Below, piece by piece: positions 59,151 to 64,000 of a stretch of DNA of 64,000 nt (positions are counted from its first letter, which is position 1; every line of letters starts with the position of its first letter). Position numbers and translations under genes: made by a program. The stretch is from assembly GCA_964019335.1 (NCBI GenBank), contig OZ025677.1, positions 496,001 through 560,000 on the forward strand, given 5' to 3'. The DNA is from Diplonema japonicum (lineage: Eukaryota > Protista > Euglenozoa: Diplonemea). The notes beneath the pieces were generated by a model. It did no database searches. It was given only the letters and a program-made list of their open reading frames with translations, and had not been told where the DNA came from.

Positions 59151-59477
59151 TGGGGCTTTGATTGCAACACTAGGTGGCGTTAAGCGTGCAACGAAGCACG
59201 AAAAACCTACTTGATTACAGGGGGCGCTCCTCGGCCGAGCAGTAGCTTCTTCTGCGTTCCGCGTCGTGTCCTTAATGCATGCGGTGTGCTCAACCCTAGC
59301 CGGGGCGTCCCGGGTAACCAAGATTCTGCGCTCGTGCAGTTTGCTGCCTGTTCGTCACCCTGAGCATCTGCGATACGTTCTTCCACTCGGGCGCTACCGG
59401 TGATGACCGACGAGGAGGTCAACAGCGAACAACACATCTGATGTACTTCTTATATTTCCATGTTATCCCCACCACCT
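59151..59477 (-). mobile_element. ~327-bp SINE-like repeat
   Basis: Near-identical to 21758-22084; poly(A) on both sides (plus strand). Confidence 0.9.
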
Positions 59478-59530
59478 AAAAAAAAAAAAGGAAAAGAAAC
59501 GAAGAAGATATACAAAAAAAGAAGGAAGGA

Positions 59531-59570
<40 letters not shown>

Positions 59571-59646
59571 AGAATTAAAAATAAGATTCACACTCCAGTT
59601 CTTATTTAAGGCTATACCTTGCTTTTTCAAATTGCGACGAATTTAG

Positions 59647-59818
59647 CACTTCGGAACCGTTAAGCGACCAACCTAGCCTTTGTCGATGTCCACAGTGGTT
59701 CTTCCACACAGGGGAAAATCAAAAAAAAGTTCAGCCCTAGAAAAAGCAGTTGGAATTTTTTTTAGCCCGTCATTTTGCGATTCCTGATGGGTCATTTAAC
59801 GGATCCGGAGCGCGTAAA
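59647..59818. mobile_element. MITE, inverted homologue of 61622-61858
   Basis: TTTAGCCCGTCATTTTGCGATT is the reverse complement of 61657-61678; imperfect TIR CGGAACCGTTAAGCGACC / GGTCATTTAACGGATCCG. Confidence 0.65.
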
Positions 59819-60202
59819 TAGTTCCTTCTTCACACCTGTTTGTCGCTAGGCAAGCTCTGACAAATATATTCACTTTCGTCATATATGGGGTGGTTCATCT
59901 CCAGGAGAAGAGTGGTCTCCGGTCGAAAAAAGAAATAAGGGGTACTGCCTTGAAGTTATGCCACGTTGGGTTCTTTACAGAAGCACCTTTAAGAAAGGTG
60001 CGTCTTAAACCTCTAGTGGCCCGTACAAAAGACAATTAAAAAAAAAATTTAAGGGGGAGAAATCTGATATATATATAAAACTTATGTGCGCGAGAGGGTA
60101 AACAGAAAGTTCTTTTTTTTTTTTTTTTTTCTTTTCTTTTTTTTTTTTTCTAAAAAAAAGTTCTATTTTTTGTAACCCCCTTGCAATAAGAAAAAAAAAA
60201 TT

Positions 60203-60234
<32 letters not shown>

Positions 60235-60620
60235 AAGCAAGGCACCATAAGTGCTATGCAAAAAGGAAATAACTCGCTTAAGGAGAGGTGTCGTACCCAG
60301 CCAAGGTCTTGTGCCCCTTAAAAAAAAAAAGAAAGAAAGAAAAGGGGGGAGGAGGGGGGCTGAGCCCCCTAAACATTCTTTTTTGTACTCCTTACCAGAA
60401 TAACTTTTTTTTGTTTTTGGCCTCCCCCTCCTTTTCTTTCTGTTTCCCGGAGAAGAAAAAGAAATACAACTCTACTAAAGAGTAAAAAAAAAGAAAAACT
60501 TTGATAAATCTTCGGTGTGCAGGGTGGGCGCTCACCGAAAAGAATTGAAAACCCTCTTAAAAAGATAGTGGGAGGCGTTGCGAGAATAAAAAAAATAAAA
60601 AAAATAAAAAAAGGGTTTTA

Positions 60621-60970
60621 AAGGGGGCCCTCCGAATCATCCCGTTTTGCAAAATGGAATATTGACATCGGGCCATGAAAGAAAGCAAATGCTGGATAAG
60701 TTGTCAACACATGAATCCCTTCAGCAACGCAGAAGCACCACAAAGCGTCTTCGAATTGAGTAGTTCCGTGAAATTTTGAAGTCCCACAACAACCCCCCCT
60801 TGTTCAAAAGATGCAAAAAAAGAACTGCTCGTAAGTGCCCAAAACCGGGTGGAAATCGACTTTTTGGTCGCTGGCGCCGTAATAAAAGAGCTCATTACGC
60901 TTAAAAAAAAAAGAGGATTTATTTGGGGAAAACACATTATTTGGGATGGAATTATTCGGGACCCCCCCTT
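60621..60970 (-). mobile_element. 350-bp MITE of the pogo-like TA/AAGGGG family
   Basis: TA|AAGGGGGCCCTCCGAATCATCCC ... GGAATTATTCGGGACCCCCCCTT|TA; right end is the reverse complement of 15585-15640 including AAATAATGTGTTTT. Confidence 0.7.
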
Positions 60971-61210
60971 TATTTTTGATTTGGCACCGGAGTGGCTGCA
61001 ACTGGGTAGACAAAATATATGCCCCCACGCCACTGGTTTCCACCAATTCCATTACTCTGAAAGGGGAGAGAGGCTTGGGGAAGAGGAAAGGGGAATAAAC
61101 AAAAAAAGATCTAAACAGTAATAGAAATATTTCTTTTTTTTTTCTTCTCTTCCCTTTTTTCCCCTCCCGAGGGAAAAGACGAAGAAAAAGAAATCGAACA
61201 TTGGTAGGTT

Positions 61211-61244
<34 letters not shown>

Positions 61245-61621
61245 ATAAGATGTAGTCGATACATAGCATTTGAAAGGAAAGGGGGAATTAAAAAAATTCT
61301 TTTTTTAAAAATATGAAAAACAAAAAAAGGGGTTTCTTTTTTTTTTTCTCTATTTTGCAGAAACAATGATTTGTGATATTAAACCCGTAAAAGAATGTAT
61401 TTTTTGTGGTTTTTCTTTTTTTTTTTTTTTTTTTTTTTCAAAACAACACAGTTGGCCACAAGTGCCAAGGTTTGCCTTATTCTTGTCTCTTAGAGGGAGG
61501 TGTCGTGCGCACCTAGACCAGTCCAAAGGTCTTGCAGCCCCTATCCGAGAAGGCGGAAAAAGTCAATGTAGAAAAAAAAGGGGGGGAAAGAAACTGGGCA
61601 TTTTAAAACTTTTTTGCAAAC

Positions 61622-61857
61622 TTAACACCCCGGACCCGTTAAGTGACCCCACAAGAAATCGCAAAATGACGGGCTAAAAAAAAATTCCCAATGGACCCAA
61701 TGTGCGACACGTGGACTTTCTGGAAAAACTTTTTCGAGTGAACTTTTGGACTTTTTTTTTTTTTGCTTTCCCCCTGTGTGGCCCCTGCGGGCCCACTGGA
61801 AGAAACCACTATGGATCACAGGCCGTAGGTCACATAACGGATATCCGAAGCGTAACG

Positions 61858-61858
<1 letters not shown>
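61622..61858. mobile_element. MITE with imperfect TIRs, TTAA at left end
   Basis: TTAACACCCCGGACCCGTTAAGTGACC ... GGTCACATAACGGATATCCG; homologous to 59647-59818. Confidence 0.65.
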
Positions 61859-61888
<30 letters not shown>

Positions 61889-62270
61889 AAAGTGCCAAAA
61901 AAAAAAAAAAAAGCAAACGCAGAGAGGAAGGAGATCGAAAAGACCAAGGACAAGTAGTGCGCAACACAGCAGAGAGGGGAGAGGGAGGGGGTGCCTACTG
62001 AAAACGCAAGTTCTTTGAAAGAACACATCTTTTCTTCTTTTTCTTCTTTTTCTTCTTTTCTTTCTTTTCAATTCATATCGCATTTTTTTTTATTCCTCCA
62101 GCGAGGGAGGAGGAGAGGAGAAAGAAAAAAAAAAACCCCCCCCCACCATCTGATTACCACGGAACTGACTGAAACGGCTTAAGTCGACCATTACCAAGAG
62201 AAAAAATAACGAAGAGAAAGAAAAGAAAAGAAAAACAAGTACAAGAATAAGGAGGAAAAAAAAAAAAAAA

Positions 62271-62927
62271 CTCGATCTATTTTTGCGGTGCGCTGGTTGG
62301 TGCCCACCGTGGACGGGGGATCCTACACGTGCCTGTCACCATTCTGCGGTTGCATCCTGGTGCCGGCCGTCGGGGTTTGCCTGTCCGTCATGGACGGCAT
62401 CTGCGCTAAGAACATCGGTCGCAGTCCCTCCAAATAGGGGGCTGTTTGGGTTGACGAGAACAAGGGTCTCTTGTCGTAGCCATGCATCGCTGGTGCGCCC
62501 AGGTTTCTCAGGGAGTGTACTCTGGTCATCCTTCTTGCCGGGAAGCCGCTTTTGTTGCCCGTATAAGGATATACCGGTCGTCACCGTCCTCTCCGCTGCT
62601 CTACTGTCACGCAACGCCACCACTCGCACCAGGTAGCTCTGCACCAGTCGCGCTTGTTTCTGCACTTCCGCTCCCGTTCCTCTCACCACTACACCGTGTA
62701 GCGCCGTTGCTTTCGGCAGCCCTTCTCTTTTGACCTCCGCGTACACACTTTCCTGCTGCGCTTGTCTCGCAGGGACACACTCCCACAGCGCGTGCTCTGT
62801 GATCTGCTCCGTCGTCTCCGCCTGGTGGTCGCAGACATCACATGTGAGCTTGTCTGCCACATCAAGCTTGCTCCATACTTTTGGGTGTACCGTGAAGATC
62901 GCTCCACAGATGACCCTCCTCGTTCTG
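62271..62927 (-). mobile_element. 5'-truncated non-LTR retrotransposon fragment (Zn-finger C-terminus)
   Basis: VICGAIFTVHPKV..CDVC....ETTEQITEHALWEC..LPKATALHGV parallels VIVGAVFPFHPKV..CMGC..WPRCTQLHGI of the 18441-20207 element; A runs on both sides. Confidence 0.8.
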
Positions 62928-63041
62928 AAAAAAAAAAAAAAAAGGAAGCTAGAAAGAAAGAAGGAAAGAAAATACGAACATGAACAACAAATGATTCATT
63001 TTTCTGAGATGAAAGAGGCCTTTTTGTAAGACAACCAATAA

Positions 63042-63998
63042 TCACCAAGCCATGGAACGGGCCTCCTCTACAAGGTTTGAGACCCTGCAGTCGCCGTCTT
63101 GCGGTTCGGTTCTAGGGGTGGTGGGGGGGGTATAGTAGTTAACTGTAGAATCACAGTCCGTCATTGGCGTAACAAGACCTTCGTGATCATTAGACAAATC
63201 TGAGACACATGTATTCACAGCAATAGGCTCCCTGTTCATGAGCCCTATGAGAGCCTCAGCACAGGTGAAGAGCATGACCTTGAAGGCGTAAAGAGCCTCG
63301 ACTGCTGTGCTGGATGCCTGGACAGCATCTTGAGAGCACAGTTTGGAGAGGGAAGCGGCGGCCTCGCCTGTCATCCCTTTGATCTCCCCTTGGCTGCTGA
63401 TCACCTTGTACTTGCTGAACTCCTCGCCCTTCCCGTACCTTTCCCCTACAAGGTTCACTACAACCTCAGCCTCCCTGTCACCATCCTTGATGCGCAGTGC
63501 ACCTTGGAGCAAGACCCTTGTTTCCCTTCTTGTCAGTCTGAAGTTGTCAATTGCAACGTAAATAGGGAAATCGACAAATTTTGTCTGTACAGCACCTCCG
63601 CCGCCTAGCGCGTGGAGCTCGTCTAGAACCTCGCCGAACACGGAGCTGCTCTCAACAGCTGCCTCAACAATTACGTCGCCTGCTCCGCATGACTTCAGCG
63701 CGTCTTGAAGAACCTGTGCTGTCTGGAGCACCGCTGCACCTTTGCCTTTGACCTCTTCCCTCTGCTTTGCTTCTTCAACTTCTTTTTCCTTCTCCTCGAA
63801 TATCTTTTCTTGCATTTCTCTAAAATGGGGGTGTGCCTCGATCGCGTCCCAAAACCAGTCCTTCTTCACCAGCCACGAGCAGACCTCCTCTTTTTGATTC
63901 TCATCCTCCTCAAGCCCCTGTAGCTGCGATACGATCTTGCTGCCTCTGCGGGCCTTCGCTGCGGGTTTCCCCTTCAGCTCCCTCACCAGCCCGTCGAT
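63042..63998 (-). CDS. Hypothetical protein, 5'-partial (open to window edge)
   Basis: More than 310 codons open, coding-like composition, short charged coiled-coil stretch; no family recognised. Confidence 0.8.
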   Translation of the reverse strand: MDGLVRELKGKPAAKARRGSKIVSQLQGLEEDENQKEEVCSWLVKKDWFWDAIEAHPHFREMQEKIFEEKEKEVEEAKQREEVKGKGAAVLQTAQVLQDALKSCGAGDVIVEAAVESSSVFGEVLDELHALGGGGAVQTKFVDFPIYVAIDNFRLTRRETRVLLQGALRIKDGDREAEVVVNLVGERYGKGEEFSKYKVISSQGEIKGMTGEAAASLSKLCSQDAVQASSTAVEALYAFKVMLFTCAEALIGLMNREPIAVNTCVSDLSNDHEGLVTPMTDCDSTVNYYTPPTTPRTEPQDGDCRVSNLVEEARSMAW

Positions 63999-64000
63999 GG

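Overview
Eukaryotic genomic DNA, most likely a euglenozoan (diplonemid-like; inference, not a database result). All well-supported protein genes lie on the minus strand, most are intronless, the few introns are GT-AG, and intergenic DNA is saturated with long A/T/G/C homopolymer runs. Genes: a CAMK-group kinase (two tiny oligo-U introns), an alpha/beta hydrolase, a secreted BBE-like FAD oxidoreductase, a 1656-aa helical protein, a DUF2236/MpaB-type oxygenase, a spliced type-I membrane protein, a ubiquitin-like/Zn-finger protein, a Tweety/prominin-like protein, an LVIVD/TSAP-mucin/multi-TM protein and a partial gene at the right edge. Between them is a dense mobilome: two TTAA piggyBac copies, a piggyBac-ended element carrying a captured Cys-rich gene fragment, pogo-like TA elements, MITEs and an orphan LSU rRNA fragment. 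Best candidates for something new: (1) several sequence-divergent but architecturally identical tyrosine-recombinase (Crypton-like) elements with a co-varying asymmetric inverted-repeat pair plus a terminal palindrome; (2) non-LTR retroelements and short derivatives that all sit in gene-sense orientation inside oligo(dT) tracts with no poly(A) tail; (3) an oligo(A) run directly before nearly every ATG. All alignments and family calls were made by eye.
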